NCBI RefSeq assembly: GCF_963921235.1
Contig: NC_086097.1
Span: forward strand, 106,084,001 to 106,148,000
Direction: 5' to 3'
From: Mobula hypostoma
Taxonomy: Eukaryota
Length of the DNA stretch: 64,000 nucleotides
Shown: positions 51,561 through 62,862 of the stretch, piece by piece
How the letters are laid out: every line of letters starts with the position of its first letter
How positions within the stretch are numbered: position 1 is the stretch's first letter
The notes under the pieces: model-generated
Told to the model about the DNA's origin: nothing
The model's database searches: none
What the model saw: the letters and a program-made list of their open reading frames with translations, nothing else
Translations under genes and position numbers: made by a program

Positions 51561-52034
51561 TGAATAAATCTCTGAATATTCTCTCCAACTACCAACTTAC
51601 ATCATCAATTACTATTGTTGTTCCCTTTTAGCATGAAACTTGCAAGCAGCAGTGACCACACTCCCAAATGGATAGACTCTGAGATGCTATGAAATATCCT
51701 ATGGATGTGAATGGTTCTGTATCAATGCAAGCTCTTTTTCAATGCTATTCCATGGGAAATTAATTAATCCCCCCATGCAAATGTGATAGGCTCTGGCTCT
51801 TTATAGTGAACAAGATCCACTGATAGAAGTCAGACAAGAAAAAGAAAGCAGTTATCAGAGTAATCATTTCAAAATACAGATGAATGGGGCAGGAAATAGG
51901 GTTATTTTTGACATATCTAGAATTTTCAGCTTAGTTTACAGAGACTAACAAATTTCTCAAAATGGAAATTAACTTAAAGCAGCATGATGCATATGTTGAT
52001 ATTAGAACACACAGAGATACTTTGATAGGTTTTT

Positions 52035-52743
52035 AGTAACAGGCTGGTGCACTCAGTCACACTGGCCTCTCTGGGTCCAAACAAAGGTGTAACTGGTCAT
52101 TCCTTGCGCCTTTTGTGCAATCGCAAGACACTGCTGGATATTGAGAACATCAAGTGCTGCAGGTTTGTCCCACTGCCGGGTTGTTTGATGGCGGTGGAGC
52201 TGGACTTGTTGCGCACTATGTTGCCAGCGACTACAGACACCCAAGGAGGAAGGCATCGAGGGTCCAACAAACGGTGCAAATGGTGCATCGATGTTTTTCC
52301 CATGATCACAAGATCCTGTAAAACATTGGTAATTTAGAATACTGCAAATCCAGTTCACTGACGAAACCGACACCGTGTGAGCTGTGTGGCGTCGATTGTC
52401 ACGCGGGCCAGGGAAGGAGACAGTGTGGGAGAGAGCTAGAGCCTGTGCTGAGTTGGTCAGTGTTTGCTTGGTGGAAGATGAGTTGGATTGCATTTACCTC
52501 CAGCTGCATTAGTGCATGGTGAGGCATAGTGTGCTATCAATCTACTGGCCACGACACTAAGGGATTTATATATATAGTTTGTGTGACAGTATGTTTACTG
52601 CTATCATAATTATATTGCTGTATGTGCTGTGTGCTGTATATGACTGTTGGTAATGTGCTTTGCACCTTGGCCCTGGAGGAACGCTGTTTCATTTGGCTAT
52701 ATTCATGGGTATGGGTAAATTACAATTAAACTTGAACATGAAC
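52035..52743 (+). repeat. Unclassified GC-richer interspersed repeat with LINE-like (TTGAAC)n tail
   Basis: Compositional shift from the flanks; ends ATTAAACTTGAACATGAAC. Confidence 0.35.
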
Positions 52744-54631
52744 AATCAAACTAGGCTGAAACTGGGACATGGAAGAAGTAAGGTAATGCTTCTAAACTCC
52801 AATTTCATAACTACTACTGTCTTTAGAATTCCTACATTCAAACATACGAGTTAGGAGCAGGAATAACTCCTCACAAGCCTGAAATTATCTGCAATCTCAA
52901 CTTTGTATTGCTGTTTACAAATCATAGAATCAACCACTGAAATCTGCTTACCAGTTCTGTGCCAACTACCGAGCACCCAATCGTCTAATCCTGCAATAAT
53001 TCTGTTATATTCTCTCCATATCTTCATCAACTCTTCCACACTAGAGGCAATTTTTACAGTGACCATCTTTGGCACGTGGGAGAAATTGGTGAATGTGAAT
53101 TTGACATTTCTGCTGGTTTCTCTTTTGTATTTGACCTTTGACTCTATATAATTTCTGGAAATTCAGAAACTGCTTTTCTTGTGGCAGAATGTAGGCACTA
53201 CACAGCTGATTTCCTGGAATTAAATTTTGGGCACAGGTGTAAAGCACCTCATCCATCCATAAGGGATTTCTTATTCCACCAGAGGAATTTTATTGCACTT
53301 TTACCATCAGTAAGCTTTAAGATCTTTTGAATCTGATCAGCCAGATTATTTTTACCAGATGATGATTATAAGATTTAGGAGCAGAATTAAGCCATTCAGC
53401 CCATCAAGTCTTCCCCACCATTTGATCACACCTGACTTAATTGCCCTTCCAACCCCCAGACCCCCACTTAAAGATCATTCCACTTTCTCTCAGAACCTGA
53501 AAATTATTTTCTCCAAATATTTAGCCAATTCCCTTTAAAAAAACCTCAATCAATTTTGCTTCCACAAATCTAAAGTAAAATGTTCCAAAATGTAACTACA
53601 GAGATCCTACTTAAACTTCAAGTAAAATGCTTAAACAAATTAACACAATCAGTCTCTATCATATGTATCTTTATCAAATCTTTACCAACTTTCTTTGCAG
53701 CAAGCAGATAGTTTAACTATACAACTAAAATTTGTGGAATCAATCTGTATATCTTTACATCCACCCTAAAAGTTACATGATCAAAATGGTACACAATACT
53801 CTAAGTTGTAAACCAGACAATAGCATGGCTAATATTCCAATCTGTCAAAATAATTTATTATTAAAGATATTCCTTGTCATGCTGGTAAAAAAATTATGAT
53901 GGAAGTAGATTCAGTAGGCAATAGACTTAAAAAGGAAAATAGACATATAATTTTAAAAAAGGTCAAGAAATAACAAGATACTGGAGGAACAGCAGGTCAG
54001 AGAGCATCTGTGGAAGCAAAAGGAAAGTCAACCTTTCGAGTAGAGACCCTGCATTCAGTAACATTCATCATAAAGCATAAATGTTTAATTCCATTAAATG
54101 TTTTGCACAAATAAATTAAACTGAATGATTTTAATATACAGATAGGTTCTGCAACAGAACTGGATACAGGAAATGCAATATTATCACCTTACATCAGGAT
54201 TTTGACAGTGGATGCAAACATGTCAAGTTCCATTGGTTACCATTTGAGTAGAGCTTCTGCATTGCTTTGTAAATCTGCATTTGATTTCTGTTACCTGCAA
54301 ACATTTTCTTTCTCCAAATACTCCAATATGCATTACCATAATGTTGTTTAACAGACTCTCCAAATACCATTTCATTAAACATAATTTGCAATGTACAGAA
54401 TAAATTATTTGATATTTATTCTAATTAAATGCAAACCATGTTATTTCAACTGGTTTGTTAAATTGATGCTAATTGATTTGGATAAAATGGAAACATAGGA
54501 AGCAAAATTATGCCTACCTGTCATATTGATTTGGATTCTTTGTTGGAAACCAGTTAATTAATTAATTCTTTATTTGTGAATCAAATTATTCTTTGATAGC
54601 TATTCCCTTTTGTATTTAGCATCAAGAATCA

Positions 54632-55455
54632 CATAGAAACATAGAAACATAGAAAATAGGTGCAGGAGTAGGCCATTCGGCCCTTCGAGCCTGCACCGCC
54701 ATTTATTATGATCATGGCTGATCATCCAACTCAGAACCCAGCCTTCCCTCCATACCCCCTGACCCCTGTAGCCACAAGGGCCATATCTAACTCCCTCTTA
54801 AACATAGCCAATGAACTGGCCTCAACAGTTTGCTGTGGCAGAGAATTCCACAGATTCACCACTTTCTGTGTGAAGAAGTTTTTCCTAATCTCGGTCCTAA
54901 AAGGCTTCCCCTCTATCCTCAAACTGTGACCCCTCGTTCTGGACCTCCCCAACATCGGGAACAATCTTCCCGTATCTAGCCTGTCCAATCCCTTTAGGAT
55001 CTTATACGTTTCAATCCCCCCTCAATCTTCTAAATTCCAACGAGTACAAGCCCAGTTCATCCAGTCTTTCTTCATATGAAAGACCTGCCATCCCAGGAAT
55101 CAATCTGGTGAACCTTCTTTGTACTCCCTCTATGGCAAAGATGTCTTTCCTCAGATTAGGAGACCAAAACTGCACACAATACTCCAGGTGTGGTCTCACC
55201 AAGGCCTTGTACAACTGCAGTAGTACCTCCCTGCTCCTGTACTCGAATCCTCTCGCTATAAATGCCAGCATACCGTTCGCCTTTTTCACCGCCTGCTGTA
55301 CCTGCATGCCCACTTTCAATGACTGGTGTATAATAACACCCAGGTCTCGTTGCACCTCCCCTTTTCCTAATCGGCCACCATTCAGATAATAATCTGTTTT
55401 CCTATTTTTGCCACCAAAGTGGATAACTTCACATTTATCCACATTAAATTGCATC
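54632..55455 (-). mobile_element. Young 5'-truncated CR1, near-identical to 37056-37882
   Basis: ORFs 55011-55493 and 54731-54988 match the 36-37 kb copy almost residue for residue; (TTTCTATG)3 tail. Confidence 0.95.
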
Positions 55456-56529
55456 AATCCTTGCAATTGACAAGCAGTGAAGATACACAACAAACCAAGG
55501 AGAATAAGAAGGTCAGAAGATATTTCACAATCAGACTTTCACAGCCTTCCATCTTTACTTCAGCCTCCAATTTATTTCCCATCAATATTTTTTTGCTTCT
55601 CTATAAGGTTGGATGTGATTCTGGGTGTCTCTTTAGTGCAGCAAATAGGTAAGGTTTAGGCTTGAGGCTGGATGGCAAATGGTGGTAAAATACTTGACAT
55701 GAGTTTTGAGCATACTAGTGAGCTATTATCTATCACAGGTACAACATACTTTTCAACAGCACATACTAGAGTTGAAACTCTGGGTGATTTTCCACATCTA
55801 TAATTCAAGGGTGTCATTCTTCACACTCTTTTAACTGAAATTGGCAAATCAGAACAAGACAGGTCTCTAACAAAAAGTACAAAATTACAAACTGGGCAAA
55901 TATACAACTAGATTTTTCTGCCATCTATTTTGTATAGATCTTAAAGATTTAGAAAACTAGTCCTAATAGATTTTTTTTTAACAAAACAGTGAATTCAGTA
56001 TAAACTATCTTATTCATTAGAGAAGCAAACACTAGAATCTTTGATAAGTAACTACAGTGTTTATTTTCTAATATGACAACACTTTTACCTACAATTCATT
56101 TTTTCCTCCTGCAGATTAAAATTTAAAATGACTGCAAGAATCTGGCAGAAGAGATAAGGACAAATAAGATATGCTAACACTCTGACTGAATTAGGACATT
56201 GTTGTATCAGAACCCAGGCCAATTAATTAAGCCTGTCTGTTACTTTTCAACAATGTGCAAACAAACCTATGTAAAACCCTTCATCATTTATTTTTCAAAT
56301 GCAAAGTGATTGTGACAATTGGTTTCTACATCCTGGTTACATATGCAGATTAATGATTTACTCATTGTCCATAAATCTCTTCAGAGAAAAATAATTACTG
56401 TAACTTCTAGTTTTCAATCAATGTGACTTCTTTCGGAAAATGAGAATTCAGAAAGCACACAGCCTTTCCACAACTGGTGGTCTGAAGGTGAATGGTAATG
56501 AGGCGGAAGTACAAACCTGAGATCAGGGC

Positions 56530-56801
56530 TGCACCATGGTAGTGTAGTGGTCAGCACAAAGCTTTATATACCAGCGACTGGGGTACAATTCCTGCCATAG
56601 TCTGTAAGGAGTTTGTACATTCTCCCTGTGACCACATGGGTTTGCTCTCATAGTCCAAAGATTTACTGGTCGGTAGATTAATTGATCAGTATAAATTGTC
56701 CCGTGATTAGGCTAGGGTTAAATTGAGGGTTGCTGAGTGGTGTGGCACAACTCGAAGGGCTTATTCCGAGCTGCAGCTTGAGAAATAAATAAATAAATAA
56801 A
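56530..56801 (+). mobile_element. V-SINE
   Basis: GGTAGTGTAGTGG head, TGTAAGGAGTTTGTACATTCTCCC, TAGTCCAAAGA core and (AAAT)n tail. Confidence 0.78.
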
Positions 56802-57070
56802 AGGATTAGAAGAAAAAACAATTGACAAGTGGATATGGTACGGTGTAAATTGGGATTGCCATTGATAATGATTGGCATTAAGTGGCACTGAACAAGGTAC
56901 GTAGCTGACAGCAGACAAATAGGGTGGGAGAAAGAAGTGGAAATGAAGATGGTTATAAAGTTGATAGAAATAGCCGATAGTAAGCAGAGGGAAGTCAAAA
57001 ATTAATTTTTTCGTAAAATAAGGAGGGAAGACAGAGAAGCTGGGAGTTGCCCGAGGGAAGAAGGAGGGTT

Positions 57071-57291
57071 ACAAATAAGAGAAAATCTGTAGACGCTGGA
57101 AATCTGAGCAATACACACAAATTGCTGGAGGAACTCAGCAGGTCAGGCAGCATCTATGGTAAAAAGTACAGTCAACATTTCGGGCTAATACCCTTCGGCA
57201 GGGAGGGGTGTCAGCCAGAAACGTTGACTGTACGTTTTTCTACAGATGTTGCTTGGCCTGTTGAGTTTCTCCAGCATTTTGGGTGTGTTGC
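57071..57291. mobile_element. Fold-back Penelope-like insertion with two degenerate hammerhead arms
   Basis: Inverted arms centred near 57203, homologous to 17717-17915; imperfect GAAGAAGGA flanking duplication. Confidence 0.78.
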
Positions 57292-58074
57292 AAGAAGAAG
57301 GATTATACATAGCTACCTTGTTTAAGTATGGGAGAAAAAGAAAATTGTTATCTGCCAGAAGTAGTGGGGAGGGGTGGTAAATGTGAGCTGGGGAGTGAAA
57401 TCAGGCAGATAGCACAAACAACAAGATGACTGAAGAGTACCAGCATGAATGGAAAAGAGAAGAAGAAGAGGAAGGGAGTGACAAAGAATTTACCAGGTTA
57501 AAGAAGGAAAAGATTAAGAAAAAACCTGGTGCAAATAGCACTTTATTGAAGCGATGGAGAGTGTGACCACAGTTTTGCTATGAAAGGGTGGGATTGCCCT
57601 CACATTGTTTTGCAGAAAATACGGGCAGCTAGATGAGCACAATGACCTCTCAGTAAGAGGGAAATGGATGGGCTAGGTATTTCTGTGCATGGCATAGGGG
57701 AGCAAGTGGATTCACACACATTATTTTTAATGGGTGGTGAGCTAGATGTTAAGATATCCCTGGAAATGGGAGTACCGTGAAGGGATAGGTTTTTGAGATG
57801 ATGCTTTGGATGGACAAAGTGCTTAGGCGAAAGTGTGAAGAGACATACGCATCCGATCTTTCAGTGAATGGCTGAAGCGCTAGATGAATACAGTGAGAGA
57901 GGGCAGTTGGAAGGGTATAATAACTCAGTGATCGGGTGGGGAAAATGCACAAAACTAGCATGGAATATAAAACAATGCATGAGAGGTTCATCAAGTACCT
58001 CTGAAAGAAAACAATAGTGGAGATTGAAGAATTCTATTAGAGGTTGCTACATTAGGGACATTTAAGAGACAGTT

Positions 58075-58510
58075 AAAAAGTTCAAAGTTCATTTATTATC
58101 AAAGTATGTATGGTATGTAGTATACAACTCTGAGATTCTTCTTCTCCAGATAGCCACAAAACAAAGAAAAACCATGCAAATCAATTTAGGGAGATATAGC
58201 AAACCCACCCCTCCTGCACAAAAAAGAACGGCAACACCATCATTAACTTCTAAAACCCCCTCCCCTCACACGAAACACAACAAGAACACTGGCCCGGAAA
58301 TCCCTCTCACCCCACACAAAAACCTAACAAAAATACGACAAGAACATCAGCCTCTTCCTACACAAAAAACTAACCAAAAATCGCAACAACATTGACTGCC
58401 AGACCCCCCTCTCCTGCACAAAAAAATGGGAACAGGTAAAAATACAGAAAACAAAAACTGAAAAAAAGTCCAAATCTGTAACGCAAAAAGCCTCGGTAAC
58501 ATCCTCCAAC
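58075..58510 (-). mobile_element. Non-coding repeat with Rex1-type 3' tail
   Basis: Minus strand GAATCTCAGAGTTGTATA...CTTTGATAATAAATGAACTTTGAAC. Confidence 0.55.
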
Positions 58511-59146
58511 ATCATCGAAAGACAGAGATAAGAGGATGAGACTAATAATGGAGTAGGTTTATATAGGTCACGCACCATCATCACTGTTCTATGTTCTAAT
58601 TTTTAGTGCTCTATGAACTGAGATCGGACCACCAATAATGGGGAATAAGTTTGAGTTGATAGATACTTCGTATTAGTCATCATAGTAGAAGAAATTAAAT
58701 GTACACACAGAACTATGCGCAAGTCTAGGGCACCTTCTGTAAATACAACTAGGGTGCCTCAGACTTTTGTAGAGTAAATATATTTCATGACATATGTGAC
58801 TGATGATAAGCCTGATTCTGATACGGATCTCTATTGTGGACTTAGAGTGGGAAGGGAGCAGGGAGAGGGGGATCATGGTTGGGAAAAGGGAAAGGGACAG
58901 GGGAGGGAGCAGGAAACACCAGAGAGTCATTCTGTAATGACCAATAAACCAATTGTTTGAAATTAAATGACCTTGCCTGGTCTCTAATTGCTGGGTGTGT
59001 CTGCACCCCAGCCACTCACTGTCCCTGGCACTCCTTCTCTGCCACATGTGCTACACCCATCCTGCGACACTCCACCCTCACCATTCCCAACATCCTTTGC
59101 TCTCACCAGATTTATAAATTCACTCTCTGCTCCATGTTGACAAATA

Positions 59147-59213
59147 CAGTATTGTGTACAAGTCTTAGGCACTCTAGCTATATGTCTGTGCCTAAGCCAT
59201 TTGCACGGTACTG
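59147..59213. mobile_element. Tc1/mariner-type mini-MITE (67 bp)
   Basis: CAGTATTGTGTACAAGTCTTAGGCAC...GTGCCTAAGCCATTTGCACGGTACTG flanked by TA on both sides; a more degenerate sister copy lies at 58708-58776. Confidence 0.7.
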
Positions 59214-59279
59214 TATAAAATAGCTGATCTTCTAGAAGCAAAAACAGAGAAAGCCATTTCACTAGAGAAGATGTTAGGA

Positions 59280-60720
59280 GATGCAACAGACTGTAATCTG
59301 GAGCAACAAACAACCTGCTGGAGGAGTGCAGTGGGTCAAGTAGCTTCTGGGGGAGGAGGATATGGGCGTGAGGGAAAAGGAAGGAATTATTAACATTTGC
59401 TTCGAGCCTGCATCAGGACTGAGAGTGAAGAGTCAGAATAAATAGGAGAGGGGATGGGTTGAGACTGGGGCAAATAGGTGATTGGTGAACTGCAGAGGAA
59501 TGAAGTATCATGGGCAGATGGAACCAAGTAATGTAGAGGGAGAGGGAGGAATGTAGGTAGGAGAGAGAAGAATGTAGATGATAGGCAGAGGCAGACAGAA
59601 AATAAGAAGGCAGAAAGAGCCAGGTATGAGGAGGGGAGGGTGAAGATAAAGGCAGCTAGGACTGTGACCAGAAGGAATACAAAGACTTTTAGGCATTCTT
59701 GGAGAATGATACGTAAAGGAAGGAGATAATGGGAACCATTAGGGTAGAGGTGAAGGGCCGATGGAACCAGATGGAAGAGTGGGAGTGGGAAGGGGGAGAT
59801 CTGGTGGATAAAATGCTTGGTTAGAGGGTAGATGGAAGCAGGTTAAAGAAGGGGATGACAATGAAAATGGGGGGGGGGGCGGTGGCTTGGGGTAGGAGTA
59901 TAGAAAAAGAGACATAAATAGGAGGACCAGAGGTCAATCAAGAGAAGGGGGTAGGGAAACAAAGGAGTCAATAGTTACCTGAAATGGAAAAATTCAATGT
60001 TCATACCTTTGAGTTGTAAACTAGGCAGTGCAATATGAGACACAAACATGAGGAAATCTGCAGATGCTGGAATTTCAAGCAACACACATAAAAGTTGCTG
60101 GTGAACGCAGCAAGCCAGGCAGCATCTGATGAAGGGTCTCGGCCCGAAATGTCGACTGTACCTCTTCCTAGAGATGCTGCCTGGCCTGCTGCATTCACCA
60201 GCAACTTGTATGCGTGTTGAGTGCAATATGAGATGTTGTTCCTCCTGTTTGTTTTGGGCCTCACCTTAGCAGTGAAGAAGGCCAAGGATGCACACGTCAG
60301 TGTGGGGAATGAGAAAAGGAAGTGAAGTTGCATGCATCTTGGAGTTCAGGGCAGCCACTACTGATGGAACACAGGAGCTCTGCAAATCAGTTGCCAGTCT
60401 GCACTTGTCTTGTTGCCGTGGAGCTGATGCATGTGAATCTTTGGCTCACCTGGAAGGGCTGCTTAGGTGCCGGCTGATGGTGAGGGAGGAGGAGGAAGAA
60501 TTGTTGCCCCTCCCGCATTTACGGATTGAGGGTGCAGGGTTACAGGCAGGGTTAGGTGGGAAGGGATGAGTGGACCAGGCAGTCACGGAAGGAGGGGTCC
60601 CTGCAGAAATGGAACAGGGTGGGATGAAGAAGATGCAGCTAGAGGTGGAATCTTGTTGCTGCTGGCAGAAATGATGAAGGATGATTAACCAGATGTGGAG
60701 TCTCATAGGGGAACTCTATC
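59280..60720 (-). mobile_element. Penelope-like element remnant: GIY-YIG C-terminus, pyrimidine tract and terminal repeat with degenerate hammerhead
   Basis: EEQHLI...PSLQLKGMNIEFFHFR* ending at 59975; CAGTC-CTGATG.AGG motif at ~59388-59421 in the same sense. Confidence 0.75.
60041..60219. mobile_element. Short fold-back Penelope-like insertion with hammerhead core on + strand
   Basis: 14-bp TSD AGTGCAATATGAGA (60027-60040, 60220-60233); CTGATGA-A-GGGTCTCGGCCC-GAAA-TG-TC-GACTG at 60126-60158. Confidence 0.88.
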
Positions 60721-61184
60721 TCTGTCAGTTTAGTAGCTAAACCAACAGGACTGGCATTACAGATTCCCTAATCTGACTTCTAAAAGAGTTGTATTCAGAG
60801 TTAGTGATTGGCTGTGATCTTCCAAATCTGTGCCTGGAATAATCCGAATAGACTGGGAAAATGTAAGGGCAACATTGTGATTCAAAAAAAGGAAGAATAG
60901 AAAGAATTAGGTGCTGCATGTCAGTTAGCTCTCGCATACAGAGCACTTGGTAATCAAATAATATAATTAAGTAAAAAGAGAAACAGTGTTTATTACAGTT
61001 GACTGGCAGACCAGATAAGGGAACCGTGGTTAAATTTACAAAAGACATTTAATAAGGTGCTACATGAACATGGAATATCGAACATTACAGCACAGTACAG
61101 GCCCTTCGGAAGATTGAGGATAATGTATTTCATGGGTAGAGGACTAGTTAACTGACAGAAACAGTGAGTATAGATCAATAATAT

Positions 61185-61408
61185 AAACTAAAGATTCTGC
61201 AGATGCCGGAGAGCCAGAGTAACAAACATAAAGTTCTGGAGGAACTCAGCAGTCAGGCAGCATCTATGGCAGGGGTTCCCAATCTGGGGCCCTTGGACCC
61301 CTTGGTTAATGGTAGAGGTCTATGGTATAAGAAAGATTGGGAATCCCTGATTCAGGGAGACGAATAAACAGGTGATGTTTTGGGCCAAGACCCTTCATCA
61401 GGACTGGA
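61185..61408 (-). mobile_element. Penelope-like terminal-repeat fragment with decayed hammerhead
   Basis: Minus strand CAGTC-CTGATGA-AGGGTCTTGGCCC-AAAA-CA-TC; interrupted by an 80-bp MITE. Confidence 0.72.
61270..61349. mobile_element. hAT-type MITE (80 bp)
   Basis: TIRs CAGGGGTTCCCAATCT / AGATTGGGAATCCCTG; the putative 8-bp TSD is only 5/8 conserved. Confidence 0.7.
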
Positions 61409-62459
61409 TTGGTAAATTTTAGAAATCTACGTTGGCAGTCTCAATTACTTATAATCTTTATTAATTACTTAGATGAGAGGATCAAGCATACTCTATGATA
61501 GATTTGCTGATGTCACAATAATGGACCAGAAAGTCCCAAAAGATATGAAAAATAGACACAGGCAGATTAAGTGAGTGGGCAAGAAGATAGCAAATGGATG
61601 GTAGTGTGGGGAAACATGATGGTATCCACATTGCCATAAATTAGAAAACAGAAGGAACATTAGAGAGAGAAAGAATCCGAGTTGTGTAGCACCGAAACAA
61701 GCCCTTCTGCTCACCGTGTCTACACAGACCATTTCTGCCCATTGGCATCACTCCCAAAAATTGAGAAGGAATTTTTATTTTCTCAGAGGGTTTTAATCTT
61801 TGGAGCTCACTACTGAAAAGACCCATGGAATCTGAGCTATTAACTAATTTCAGGGCTGCTAAGATGTATTTTTGTACTATAGGAAGGTTAAATGTAAAAA
61901 AGATTCAGCAAGGAAGTGGAATGGAGACTAATAAGATCAATCATGAACACTAATTTATCTGTCATGTAGCACCTTACTAAATGTCTTTTGGAAATTCAAC
62001 CGTGGTTCCCTTATCTGGTCTGCTGGTCAACTGTAATAAACACTATTTCCCTTTTAAATGACTTTTCCTAATTATATTACACAGAATGGTGGAGCAGATA
62101 TGAAGAGCTGGATGGCCTATCCTTGCTCTTATTATTTTCATATGTAATATTTTAATATCAATATTCAACCTTGTTGTTTTGAAAATATTGAATGGTTCCT
62201 TGATAAGGTAAGAACTCACAACCTACCACATTATGATCTTTCATCTATTGTCTACCTGCACTACTATTTCTGTAGTTGTTACACTTCATTCTGCATTATG
62301 CTATTGCTTTACTGTGTACTACCTCAATGCACTGTATAACGATTTGATCTGTATGAATAGTATGTAAGTCAAGCTTTTCACTGTCTGTTGGCACTATCTA
62401 TGTATCCTTTTCCAGCCCTACAACCAAATGAAAACTCTCCTCTTCATGCCAATCCTCCA

Positions 62460-62862
62460 AGAGGACCACAACTTTGTCATGGTCTGGAGGCTTGCATGCC
62501 TCAATGACCCAGAGAGCTACTGTATGTTGGTTGGAGTCAGGGCTTTATGCTGTGGCTCTTGGTAGGGTCACCCACTACAAACAGGTCAAAGGGTAGAGGC
62601 CAGACTAAGAGTGGTTCACCGGTCATCCTGGTTCGGGGTTTCAGCTCAGGGCTAACAACCCTGATTGGTAAAACAAAATTGTTATGGAAACAGCAATGAA
62701 GAATCTTTCTACATCTGAGTGCGATGGTATTTCCGAGTCTCCACCTGCATGATTGACAGTACTGCAAACCGAGAGGAAGCTCCTGACGTGATGAAGCCCT
62801 GAACACCGGCAGAGATGGAGGAGCTTCACTGTTGCCCGAAATGCCAGCAGTGTAACAGGCAA
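62460..62862 (+). mobile_element. Bipartite RTE-derived non-autonomous element (5' UTR plus 3' end)
   Basis: RTE/Expander-like 5' UTR motifs (TTGTCATGGT..GAGGCTTG..CAATGA..GAGCTA, GGTAGGGTCACCCA) joined to a WRSFTVA-like RTE 3' end. Confidence 0.55.
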
